Source: an uncultured Methanosarcinales archaeon
GTDB taxonomy: Archaea > Nanobdellota > Nanobdellia > Woesearchaeales > DSVV01
Assembly (NCBI GenBank): GCA_964593285.1
Contig: CAZQHZ010000001.1
Location: 66,124-116,998 of the forward strand
Direction: 5' to 3'
DNA: 50,875 bases
The notes beneath the pieces were generated by a model, which did no database searches, was not told the DNA's origin, and saw only the letters and a list, made by a program, of their open reading frames with translations. This document shows positions 40,282 to 49,400 of this stretch, piece after piece. How positions within the stretch are numbered: position 1 is the first letter of the stretch; every line of letters begins with the position of its first letter. Position numbers and translations under genes: made by a program.

Positions 40282-41652
40282 TTAATTCCACCACCAATCT
40301 CGATTATTAGTAGAATTATGATATATTTGTGTTTTTGATTTTACAAATTTCATTAATCTTGAAGAGGATGAAGGAATGCTTGAATTTTTCCATCCTTGAA
40401 AATATTCTCCACCAACTAATGGGATATTTGAATCATTTACCCATATAATTCCTACATCTAATTGATTTGCATATTCTTTAGCTTTTTTAATATCTTTGGT
40501 CCAAATACTAGCACCAAGTCCATATTTTGTAGAATTAGAATAAATAATTGATTCTTTATCTGATTTTGTAATAATTATTGAAACAACAGGTCCAAAAATT
40601 TCTTCTTTTATACTTGTATAATTATTATTATCAAGAAGCAATATTGTTGGTTCATAATAAAATCCGTCTTTTTTCATTATTTTCCCGCCAGATAATAATT
40701 TTGCACCTTCTTTAATTGTTTTTTTAACTTGCAAATCAATTTTTAAAAGTTGTTTTTTATCAATGATTGGTGTAACTTTATTTTTAATTTGATTTGTTTT
40801 TTTAATCAATTTTGGAATTAATTTTTTATTTGTTAAATAAATTCTTTTAATTTTACAGCAAACTTCTCCAGAATGTAAAAATGATCCAGAAATAACTCCA
40901 TTTATTGTTTGTTTAACATTACAATCATTAGAAATAATTGTAGCATCATTTCCAGATAATTCTAGTAAAGTTGGTTTTAAATCTGAATTTTTTTGAATTT
41001 TTTTGCCTGTTTTTATGTTTCCTGTATAAACAATATAATCAATATCTTCTTGTTTTACTAAAAATTCACCTTGTTTTTTCCCACCAATTACAATATTGAA
41101 AACATTTTTTGGCATATTTTTTGAAGAATTTATTATTTTGTGTATCAATTTTCCAACAATTGTTGATTTTTCAGAAGGTTTAAAAATAATAACATTTCCT
41201 GTAAGTAATGCTGGAATTGCACTAATCATTGTTTGCCAAAAAGGGTAATTCCATACACCAATTTGTAAAATAACACCATAAGGATGATAAGTAATATCAC
41301 AATTTGATTGAGGAAATACTTCTTGATTTAATGAAAATTTTACTTTATTTAATTTTGTATATTCTTCAATATAATAATCAAATGCATCAATTATATCATA
41401 AAATACACCTTCAATTTCTGCTTTTTCAAAACCACAGTCTAAATTTATAGTATTAATTATTTTATCTTTGTTACTAATAAAATTTTTTTTTAGTTCGTTA
41501 ATTATAAAAATTCTTTTATTTTTATCTAAATTAGACCACTTTTTAAATGCTTCTTTTGATCTTTTTATAATATTAATAATCTCTTCATTTGTATTTTCTG
41601 AATGTATTTCTATTAATTTTTTATTAGTTGGATTTATGCTTTTAATTACCAT
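40282..41652 (-). CDS. Aldehyde dehydrogenase family protein
   Basis: PYGV...WNYP, GN...FKPSE, YTG, LELSGND (Glu), GEVCC (Cys), EEIFGPV, YGLGASIW. Confidence 0.93.
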   Translation of the reverse strand: MVIKSINPTNKKLIEIHSENTNEEIINIIKRSKEAFKKWSNLDKNKRIFIINELKKNFISNKDKIINTINLDCGFEKAEIEGVFYDIIDAFDYYIEEYTKLNKVKFSLNQEVFPQSNCDITYHPYGVILQIGVWNYPFWQTMISAIPALLTGNVIIFKPSEKSTIVGKLIHKIINSSKNMPKNVFNIVIGGKKQGEFLVKQEDIDYIVYTGNIKTGKKIQKNSDLKPTLLELSGNDATIISNDCNVKQTINGVISGSFLHSGEVCCKIKRIYLTNKKLIPKLIKKTNQIKNKVTPIIDKKQLLKIDLQVKKTIKEGAKLLSGGKIMKKDGFYYEPTILLLDNNNYTSIKEEIFGPVVSIIITKSDKESIIYSNSTKYGLGASIWTKDIKKAKEYANQLDVGIIWVNDSNIPLVGGEYFQGWKNSSIPSSSSRLMKFVKSKTQIYHNSTNNRDWWWN

Positions 41653-41697
41653 AATAAAAGTTTTTTTTTAATATATTTATATTTTGGGTTTAATTTT

Positions 41698-42168
41698 TCA
41701 ACTTAAAAGTTCAAATTTAATTAATTCATTATTTGTCATAAAATTTTCTCTTTTAATTTCTTTTATAATAAAAAATACATTCTTTTTTTTAACATTAAAC
41801 CTATCTTCTACTAATTCTAAAAAATCTTCAAGTTCTTTTATTGTTCTAAATATTCCTTCTATGAAAAAATCAAAACCGTTTGTTATTTTAAAAACAGAAT
41901 TTATTTTTTCATGTTTTAACAAATATTTTTCTAATTCATATCTTTCGTTTTTACCAGACTTTAGCATAATTGTTGCTCGTGTATTATATCCTAATTGTTC
42001 AAAATCAATTAGTGATGTGTGTTTTACTATATTTCTTTCTTCAAGTTTTTTTAGTTTGTCAAAAATTGTTGAAATTGGTATGTTTGTCCGTTTAGAAATC
42101 TTTGTTAAATTTTGTCTTGCACCATTTCTTAGTTGTGTTACAATCACAATTTCTTTTTTAGATAACAT
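41698..42168 (-). CDS. Lrp/AsnC family transcriptional regulator
   Basis: LRNGARQNLTKISKRTNIPISTIFDKLKKLE..IDFEQLG; ITNGFDF. Confidence 0.88.
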   Translation of the reverse strand: MLSKKEIVIVTQLRNGARQNLTKISKRTNIPISTIFDKLKKLEERNIVKHTSLIDFEQLGYNTRATIMLKSGKNERYELEKYLLKHEKINSVFKITNGFDFFIEGIFRTIKELEDFLELVEDRFNVKKKNVFFIIKEIKRENFMTNNELIKFELLS

Positions 42169-42256
42169 TTTATCCCACCCCCAAAATGTTTTATCTATTA
42201 TGTTGTTTCAAAGCATTACTGAAATATAAATTTTACAAACCAAAAATAATTGTTTT

Positions 42257-42275
42257 GTTCAGAAAAAATCTGAAC
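42257..42275. promoter_or_regulatory. Inverted repeat GTTCAGA-N5-TCTGAAC, candidate operator
   Basis: Perfect 7-5-7 palindrome between the divergent Lrp and wHTH genes; extra half-site ACTGAAC at 42310. Confidence 0.55.
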
Positions 42276-42359
42276 CATTTATAAATAAGCTAAAAAGTAG
42301 TGACAAAATACTGAACCAAAACTAAACATTTATATAAAATATTATCTATACATAAAAAT

Positions 42360-43967
42360 ATGCATAAATCAGAATATAGTATTTTAAAACTTTTTAAAGA
42401 CAATCCCCATAAAGAGTTTTCAACAAAACAGATTGCATTAAATTGTTTTAAAGAAACATATCAAGATTTATCAAAAGTAAATTATCATGATTTTAAAGAT
42501 AAAATAAATTTAACAAATGCAAAAATAAATAATGCAAAATTACATAGAAATATTTTATATCATTTAAATAAATTAGTAGATGAAGAATTGATTGTTAATT
42601 CAAAATCAGGAAATAAAGGGGAGAAATATTTTGTTTTAAATTTAAATGAAGGAGAAGAATTAATTTTTAAGAAAAAAAGAAAAAATATACATATTTTAAA
42701 ACCGATTATGAATGCATTTCCAATTGAAGGATATGAAAAAGAAAAAATTATTTTTAAATATGAGCCCCAAACTTGGATTTCAAGAGTTAATGCATTACTT
42801 TTACAATCTGAAAAATTTGATTTAGATGAATTAAAACAAGTTATAACTGAATGTTTTTCTAATGTTAATGATGTTATTTGCTTAAATGATTTTGAAAAAT
42901 TAATTGAAAATAATTATTTAGAGCAATTAAATGATTTTTTAAAAAAAATACATATAGAATGTATTAATTATTCAAAACAAATAACAATTGTTATTGACAT
43001 GAAAAATATTACTAATGAAAATGCTATTTTAAAATTTATCGATTATTATTGTTTATTAAAACCAAAAGAAATAAACATTATCTTTGATTCACGAATAAAA
43101 GATATTCAATTATATTACAATTTCTTTATTTATGTAATTAATAAATTTAAAGAATTAAATTTAAGTTTATATATAAAAAATAAAGATTTGATTTCGCAGC
43201 CATTTATGATCGGTAAAGCCGGCCCTTATACTTTTACAAAAAAGTCATGGAATAATTATTGTACTAATTTTTTAAATAAAAGCCGTGGTGTTGTTTGTTG
43301 TTCATCAACTATTAATGTTGATGTTAAAAGATTTTTTGAAATTGATGGTAAGATGGATAATTTTAGAAAATTAATAAACAACATTTTAAAAACATTATTT
43401 ATTGCAAATTCTGCTCAAAGGTCTAGGTCTAATGAATATTTTAGAAATATTATTAATTTAAATAATCAAATGCAACAAGAATTTTTTTCAATTGCAAGAA
43501 ATTATATTAGGTTTTGGAATTATGGTTGGAAAAACCCTTCATTAAATCAAGAATTTGTAATTGATTTAATTAAAAGTACTAAAAAGGAAGTTTTAGATTT
43601 TTCATTAACACAAGAAGCAATATATATAGCATGTGGGATGCCAACTAAATTTAATGTTGCGTTTTCATGTGCATTTTCAACATTTTCAAAAGAATTATCA
43701 ACTAAAGATTATCTAAATATAAAAATTGAAGATAGTAATGATATTTATAAGGATGAAATAAAAAATTATTTGAAAACTAAAGAAGAAATTTTTAAAATTT
43801 TTGATGGTGGAGATAGAGTTAGAATATTTAGATCAAAAAAAACATCATCTCTAGAAATAATTAGAGAAATTGACTCATTAATTAATTTATACAATCTTCC
43901 TTTTTTTTGTTTTGACTTTTCAAAAATACAAAATAAAGAAAAAAAATTAACATCGTTTTTTAATTAG
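42360..43967 (+). CDS. Hypothetical protein with N-terminal winged HTH
   Basis: IL.LF...P..EFSTKQIA...LHRNILYHLNKLV.E.LI....G.KGEKYF; remainder unrecognised. Confidence 0.65.
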   Translation: MHKSEYSILKLFKDNPHKEFSTKQIALNCFKETYQDLSKVNYHDFKDKINLTNAKINNAKLHRNILYHLNKLVDEELIVNSKSGNKGEKYFVLNLNEGEELIFKKKRKNIHILKPIMNAFPIEGYEKEKIIFKYEPQTWISRVNALLLQSEKFDLDELKQVITECFSNVNDVICLNDFEKLIENNYLEQLNDFLKKIHIECINYSKQITIVIDMKNITNENAILKFIDYYCLLKPKEINIIFDSRIKDIQLYYNFFIYVINKFKELNLSLYIKNKDLISQPFMIGKAGPYTFTKKSWNNYCTNFLNKSRGVVCCSSTINVDVKRFFEIDGKMDNFRKLINNILKTLFIANSAQRSRSNEYFRNIINLNNQMQQEFFSIARNYIRFWNYGWKNPSLNQEFVIDLIKSTKKEVLDFSLTQEAIYIACGMPTKFNVAFSCAFSTFSKELSTKDYLNIKIEDSNDIYKDEIKNYLKTKEEIFKIFDGGDRVRIFRSKKTSSLEIIREIDSLINLYNLPFFCFDFSKIQNKEKKLTSFFN

Positions 43968-43977
43968 GAGTAAAAAA

Positions 43978-44631
43978 ATGGCTGAAATAGTTTCATCAAA
44001 TGTAATAGATGCATGGAAAAAATCATTAAGGTATATTATTGATAATGGTACAGATTATAACGATACAAAAAGAGATTTTAGACAAGTTTTAAATTTTAAT
44101 TTAATTATTACAAATCCTGTTGATGATATAAATTATCCAATACGATTTTTGAGTGAATCTGATTATTGGGTATATCCATCAATTGATGAAATAAAAAACA
44201 TTATTTTATCAAAAGATAAAAATCCATCATATGATTTTACTTATGGACAGCGATTATTTAATTTTTCAAATAAAATCAATCAAATTGACGATTACATCAT
44301 TCCATTGTTAAAAAAAGATAATTTTACAAGGCGTGGTATTGTAATATTTTGGGATCCAAATGTTGATATTAACACTACAACCGATCAGCCAGGTCTTTTA
44401 TTATGTACATTTAAAATAGTTGATAATAAAATGAATGTTACAGCAATTATTAGAAATAATGATTTTTTCGTAGGCTTTCCAGCAACACTTTATCAAATAA
44501 ATTTATTACAAGAATATACTGCAGATAAAATTGGTGTTGAAATTGGAAGTATTATATTTTATTCAACAACTGCTCATATATACAAAGAAAACATAAATTT
44601 AATTGAGAATAAATTATTACTTAAAAAATAA
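43978..44631 (+). CDS. Archaeal ThyA-like protein lacking the canonical catalytic Cys
   Basis: FTYGQRL, NQI, TRRG, FWDP, IRNNDF..GFP and AHIY are present, but QPGL replaces PPC. Confidence 0.8.
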   Translation: MAEIVSSNVIDAWKKSLRYIIDNGTDYNDTKRDFRQVLNFNLIITNPVDDINYPIRFLSESDYWVYPSIDEIKNIILSKDKNPSYDFTYGQRLFNFSNKINQIDDYIIPLLKKDNFTRRGIVIFWDPNVDINTTTDQPGLLLCTFKIVDNKMNVTAIIRNNDFFVGFPATLYQINLLQEYTADKIGVEIGSIIFYSTTAHIYKENINLIENKLLLKK

Positions 44632-44649
44632 TAACATCAATTATTTAAT

Positions 44650-45202
44650 TTATGGTTTTATGCTAAATAGTATTTTGTGATATTCTTCTCTATCTGGTTT
44701 AAAATTAATTTCATTATTTTTTATTTTTTCTTTAAGTTTTTTAAGACTTATAGACATTATTTCATCAACTTCATTGTTAGGTTTAAAATCTTCTATATCA
44801 ACATATGCAATATAAATAGGATTAAATTCTCTATCAATGAAATTTTTATATTTTTTCTCTTTTTTATATTCACATAAATATATTAATTGATTTTTTTCTA
44901 AATATACTCCTAATTCTTCAAAAGTTTCTAAGATTGCTGCATCAATAGGTTTTTGTCCTGATTTTACATGACCTGATGCTGATATTGTCCAAAAATTAGG
45001 ACTAATTTCTCTATTAGAATTTCGCTTCTGGAGTATTAGTTCATTTTTTTTTATTAAATATCAATACATGTACAGATCTATGCCATAAACCTTGTTTATG
45101 TATTATATCTCTATTTTCTACACCAAATTTTTTACCAGTACTATCAAGAACATCAATTTTCTCTTGAGTATCATAAAATGTATCTATGTCTTTTATCTTC
45201 AT
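44650..45202 (-). pseudogene. IDI-like NUDIX hydrolase frameshifted in an A9 tract
   Basis: ATG 45202 reads ...HKQGLWHRSVHVLIFNKKK*. Removing one A from the tract at 45044-45052 continues NELILQKR..WTISASGHVKSGQKPIDAAILETFEELG to TAA at 44650 (183 aa). Confidence 0.85.
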
Positions 45203-45302
45203 TTTAACGCCAAAATTTTTAATAATTTATCTTAAAACTTTATATAAAAATTCTTTAATTTTTAGTAGAAAAATTAGATAAAAAAAAACTATATAAAAAA
45301 AA

Positions 45303-45872
45303 TTATTTTTGTGAATCAACAAAAAGATTATATTTTTCCTTGCCCTGTAGCTCTAACATTATTCTTTTAATTATAGCTTTTTTTGGTTCAGGTAAAAGTC
45401 TTACTCTTTTTTTAATATCGCTAAAACTTTCAAAATCTTTTTCTTTTCGCTCTTCTAAAATTTGCCACATATGTTTTTTCCCAACACCTGGTAGTAATTC
45501 AAGTTGATGCATTCTAGTACTTAAAGGATTTGCTTTATTGTAAAAAAATATAAAATTTTTTTCATTTTTTGAAATAATTTCATTTATAACAAATTCTAAC
45601 TCTTTTTTTGCAGTTCCAGTAAGTCGTGTTAGTGGAAGTTTTCCAATTATATGGTGTACTTTATCTCTTTTTCCGTTTCCAATGTAAATTTCATCGTATG
45701 GCTGGAAAAAAACACCTTTTTTTGGAGTTACTTCTAATAAAGTGAATTTATCCATGCCAATAACTTGTGCAATTGGTGTTTTTTGATGTGCAGGTTTTCT
45801 ATCAAATGGATATCCATTTGGCAAAAAATCTAATACAACTGCATATTCTTCTTTATTTTTAGACTCTTCCAT
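45303..45872 (-). CDS. DUF655 domain protein (archaeal, HhH nucleic-acid binding)
   Basis: EEYAVVLDFLP.G, AQ.IG..FTLLE, RMHQLELLPGVGKK.MW.ILEER. Confidence 0.9.
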   Translation of the reverse strand: MEESKNKEEYAVVLDFLPNGYPFDRKPAHQKTPIAQVIGMDKFTLLEVTPKKGVFFQPYDEIYIGNGKRDKVHHIIGKLPLTRLTGTAKKELEFVINEIISKNEKNFIFFYNKANPLSTRMHQLELLPGVGKKHMWQILEERKEKDFESFSDIKKRVRLLPEPKKAIIKRIMLELQGKEKYNLFVDSQK

Positions 45873-46012
45873 TTATACTACCACCTATCTTAATCATTTC
45901 ATAAAATTAAACTATTATATAAATCTTGCTAATTTTAAACTAAATATTTTAAAATACTAATTCTTTTCCAAAATATATAAATGCATTTATTTAATAATTT
46001 TTGGAGAAAAAA

Positions 46013-47431
46013 ATGTGTACAATAAATTATAATGAAACAATTAAGGATTATTTGAGAGCAAATTCTAAAATAACTGCCGAAAATTTAGGTATTTTAATTT
46101 TAATTGATAAAATTTATGAAAAACAACCAAAAGATATCAAATTATTTAGACAAAAATTTCATTATTTTAATCCAGAATTATTAGATAATACTGAAAATTC
46201 AGAAATTATTTTTTTTGAATTATTAAAAAGTAAAGAACCTTTAAATGTAATAAAACATAGATTAAATAGCTATATAAATTTAAAATTAAATTATATTGAT
46301 AGTTATAAATCATTTAATGAAAATTTAAAAACTCTAAAACGGTATTCTTTTATTGTTTCATCAGTAATTGATGATTTATTAAAAGCAACAAAATTTCCAC
46401 AAGAAATTATTGAAATTTACAAAGAAGATAAATTAGTAACTGAATGTCATGATTTTTATTCTCTTTTTTTGTTATATAAAAAAACAAAATCTAAAAAAAT
46501 TAAATTTGAAATTATGCGAAAAATTGGTTTAATTGAATTAATACTTAGAATTAGGAGAAGTTTTAATGTTGATAATTATGATTTTGGATTAGATAAAGTA
46601 AAAAAATTATTCAAATCAGGTCTTGGAATGGCCAGAATGAAAGAAAAAAAATATTATTTATGGTTAGATGAAGAAGATAGAGTAGTTTATACTCAAAATA
46701 AAAAAAAGGCAACAAAAAATTATGAAATTGATTTAATTAAACGACAAAATTTAGGAAAATCAATTAATCAAATGCAAACTGTGATACTATTTCCATCAAA
46801 AACAATGTTTGGAAATATTGTTTTAAATTATGAAACACGTAATAAATTTAGACGAAATGGTGATTTAAGTTATAGTTCTTTTATTGAAAAAGTAATTAGA
46901 AAAAATATTGAATTTCCACTTCATGTAAGAGATATTTTGGGTGTAAAATTAATTGTTGAAACAGAAGATAATGCGATGCAATTTGTTGAAGATTTAGAAA
47001 GATTTTTAGGTGGAATTTCAACTAGAAAAAAAGAAAAAAATGCATTAAGTAAATTTGGTAAAAAAAAATTATCTGAATTTTCTTCAAATGACTATTTTGT
47101 CTGGAAAGCAGTTTATGATGTTACATTACCAAATCCATACATTAGCGATTTTGAAAAAATTATGTCATTTGTAAAAAATAACAAAGAAGGTTTCAACTTT
47201 TTAAAATCAAAAATAGATTATTTTAAAAATCATCCGACAGATTTTATTGTAGAGGTTCAATTACAAGATTTATCTTCTTATTTTCAAAGTTTAGTGAAAG
47301 GTAGTTCTACAATGCATGATGGTTTAAAAATGAGACAAATTAGAGTAAATTCTCTTCATAAATTATTCCCACAAGAAATTTTTAATGAAGAATTAAAAAA
47401 ACTTAAAAAAGATATTATAAAAAAAAGCTAA
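46013..47431 (+). CDS. Hypothetical protein with RelA/SpoT-like nucleotidyltransferase domain
   Basis: RNK..S.IEKVIRK..VRDILGVKLIV..S..DY..EVQL. ATG 46013 follows GGAG. Confidence 0.6.
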   Translation: MCTINYNETIKDYLRANSKITAENLGILILIDKIYEKQPKDIKLFRQKFHYFNPELLDNTENSEIIFFELLKSKEPLNVIKHRLNSYINLKLNYIDSYKSFNENLKTLKRYSFIVSSVIDDLLKATKFPQEIIEIYKEDKLVTECHDFYSLFLLYKKTKSKKIKFEIMRKIGLIELILRIRRSFNVDNYDFGLDKVKKLFKSGLGMARMKEKKYYLWLDEEDRVVYTQNKKKATKNYEIDLIKRQNLGKSINQMQTVILFPSKTMFGNIVLNYETRNKFRRNGDLSYSSFIEKVIRKNIEFPLHVRDILGVKLIVETEDNAMQFVEDLERFLGGISTRKKEKNALSKFGKKKLSEFSSNDYFVWKAVYDVTLPNPYISDFEKIMSFVKNNKEGFNFLKSKIDYFKNHPTDFIVEVQLQDLSSYFQSLVKGSSTMHDGLKMRQIRVNSLHKLFPQEIFNEELKKLKKDIIKKS

Positions 47432-47434
47432 AAA

Positions 47435-47803
47435 TTATAAGACAATTTGTTTTTTATCTTTTAAAAATTTCAAAAATTCTTCTGCATTATTAAATCTATA
47501 AATTTCTTCACTTTCACCATCACTTCTAGTACAATTCTCAGGGTCATATTCAGAACAAATTTTTGGTCTTTTTGAATAAATACTACATAAATTGTTTTCA
47601 TCTAATTTTGAACAATTGCTTATAAATTCAACAAACCATGTTTCTTCATTATCGTTTTCTTCATCTTCAGTTACAAACACATTAACGTTATTGTGAAGTA
47701 CATACCAATAAATATCGTGAAAATCATCTTTTGATTCAGGTTTGTCAATTTCAATTGCAATATGATTACAACATCCACCGCATGTTTTACATTTATTTTC
47801 CAT
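47435..47803 (-). CDS. YkgJ-family CxxCxxCC cysteine-cluster protein
   Basis: CKTCGGCC...CSKL....CSIYSKRPKICSEY. Confidence 0.9.
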   Translation of the reverse strand: MENKCKTCGGCCNHIAIEIDKPESKDDFHDIYWYVLHNNVNVFVTEDEENDNEETWFVEFISNCSKLDENNLCSIYSKRPKICSEYDPENCTRSDGESEEIYRFNNAEEFLKFLKDKKQIVL

Positions 47804-47862
47804 CTTAATTTTGAAAAATTTTTTATTTAAAAATTTAACTGTTTTTAGAAATAATAAAAAAT

Positions 47863-48126
47863 TTAATAATAATTTTCATAACATTCTTTTGCCATTTCAA
47901 GTCTTGGACCATGTTTTGACATAACACATTTATTACCTATACTTTCAATAGAACATTCACCTAACGGAGTATTAAATTCACAAAAAACATTCTGATTTGT
48001 ATCTTTAGTTACCATAGCAGACATTTTTGTATCATTAGTTGGTGTTATAACTAAAACAAATAAGCAAAAAAATCCAATCATTATAAGTAGACTTGATAAA
48101 TAAAAATGATTTTTTTCATGATTCAT
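47863..48126 (-). CDS. Small membrane-anchored Cys-containing protein
   Basis: One TM, then four Cys (TPLGECS..KC); has its own BRE/TATA upstream. Confidence 0.6.
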   Translation of the reverse strand: MNHEKNHFYLSSLLIMIGFFCLFVLVITPTNDTKMSAMVTKDTNQNVFCEFNTPLGECSIESIGNKCVMSKHGPRLEMAKECYENYY

Positions 48127-48225
48127 ATATTTACTAATATCAAACTTATATAAAAATATTTCTATAATTTTGATAATTTTTTTAAAGATAACTTTTTAAA
48201 GATAATTTGTTTTTTATTTTTTAAA

Positions 48226-48795
48226 ATGTTAAATAGTAAAAAAAACAAAAATTTAATTTTTATAACCGGTAATTTATACAAATTAGAAGAAGTGAAATTA
48301 CTTTTACCAAATTTTGTTATAAAAAATAAAAATTTAGATATAAATGAAATTCAAGGAAATTCAGAAGAAATTGTTGAAAATAAAGCATTTTCTGCACATA
48401 AAATTTTAAAAAAGCCTTTATTTGTTGAAGATACAAGTCTTTATTTTGAATCATTGAATAATCTGCCAGGCCCATACATTAAAGAATTTATAAAAAATTT
48501 AAGTTTAAATCAAATTTATAAAATTGCAAACTTAAATTGTAAAGGTTTGGCTAGAGCTGTTTGTCTTGTTGGTTTTATTGATGAAGATGAGAAATTTCAT
48601 TTATTTAAAGGGGAATGTTTTGGAAAAATAGTTTATCCAAAAAAAAATAATGGTTTTGACTGGGATCGAATTTTCAAGCCAAACGATCATAAAATAACAT
48701 TTTCTCAAATGAGTAAATTTGAAAAAAACAAAATATCGCACAGAAAACTTGCATTTGAAAAGTTTAACAAGTATTTAATGTCTAAAAATAATTAA
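48226..48795 (+). CDS. rdgB: Non-canonical purine NTP pyrophosphatase (Ham1/RdgB)
   Basis: FITGN..K..E, EIQG, VEDTSL, LPGPYIK, F.WD.IF, KN.ISHR. Confidence 0.93.
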   Translation: MLNSKKNKNLIFITGNLYKLEEVKLLLPNFVIKNKNLDINEIQGNSEEIVENKAFSAHKILKKPLFVEDTSLYFESLNNLPGPYIKEFIKNLSLNQIYKIANLNCKGLARAVCLVGFIDEDEKFHLFKGECFGKIVYPKKNNGFDWDRIFKPNDHKITFSQMSKFEKNKISHRKLAFEKFNKYLMSKNN

Positions 48796-48889
48796 AAAAA
48801 CAAAACAAATACAAAAACTTTAAATAAAGGTATAAAATCTAAAAAAATATTTAAAATAAATTATGTTTTAATTTTTAGGAGGTATAAAA

Positions 48890-49117
48890 ATGGATTCATC
48901 AAGACCACTAGATGCATTAAATAATGCAAGAAATAAAAGAGTTATCGTGGAATTAAAAAATGGCAAACAATACGTAGGTAATTTAAAAGCTTTTGATATT
49001 CATATTAATGTTGTAATAGATGATGCAGAAGAGCGTATAGACGGTGAAGTTAAAAGAAAAATGGGTGTTTTATTCATTAGAGGAGATACAATCACTTTAC
49101 TTTCACCATCTGCATAA
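48890..49117 (+). CDS. Archaeal Sm-like (Lsm/SmAP1) protein
   Basis: RPLDAL, V.VELK.G..Y.G.L.AFD.H.N.V..DAEE, IRGD; GGAGG ribosome-binding site. Confidence 0.95.
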   Translation: MDSSRPLDALNNARNKRVIVELKNGKQYVGNLKAFDIHINVVIDDAEERIDGEVKRKMGVLFIRGDTITLLSPSA

Positions 49118-49152
49118 ATATTTTTTAAAATTTATTAAATAGGTGTATATAA

Positions 49153-49326
49153 ATGGGTACTGGAACAGCATCAATGGGGAAAAAATCAGGGAAAAAGTTA
49201 CATATAGCTTGCAGAAGATGTGGTAAAATGACCTATCATATGAAGCATAAAGTATGTAGTTCTTGTGGTTTTGGAAATAGTTCAAAAATGAGAAGTTATA
49301 ACTGGCAAAAGCCTAATAAAAAATAA
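49153..49326 (+). CDS. rpl37e: 50S ribosomal protein L37e (absent from the ORF track)
   Basis: [52 protein letters not shown]; conserved archaeal Lsm-L37e gene order. Confidence 0.96.
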   Translation: MGTGTASMGKKSGKKLHIACRRCGKMTYHMKHKVCSSCGFGNSSKMRSYNWQKPNKK

Positions 49327-49400
49327 ATTTTATTTTTTTATTTTTTTTAACTTTAAATTCTAAATATTTATTAATTTAATATATTATCGTTATTATTATT

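Noticed and set aside
41684..42229. Antisense or out-of-frame ORFs in the track (also 286, 2000, 2393, 3449, 8249, 9183, 10191, 11031, 12378, 12941, 14068, 14716, 16113, 20724, 21222, 22787, 26869, 28675, 31324, 33955, 36891, 37344, 39194, 41468, 44677, 49103)
   Set aside because: They are shadows overlapping well-supported genes and have no recognisable motifs.
44650..45202. True type 1 isopentenyl-diphosphate isomerase
   Set aside because: The IDI catalytic Cys motif is replaced by SASGH, so it is called an IDI-like NUDIX hydrolase only.
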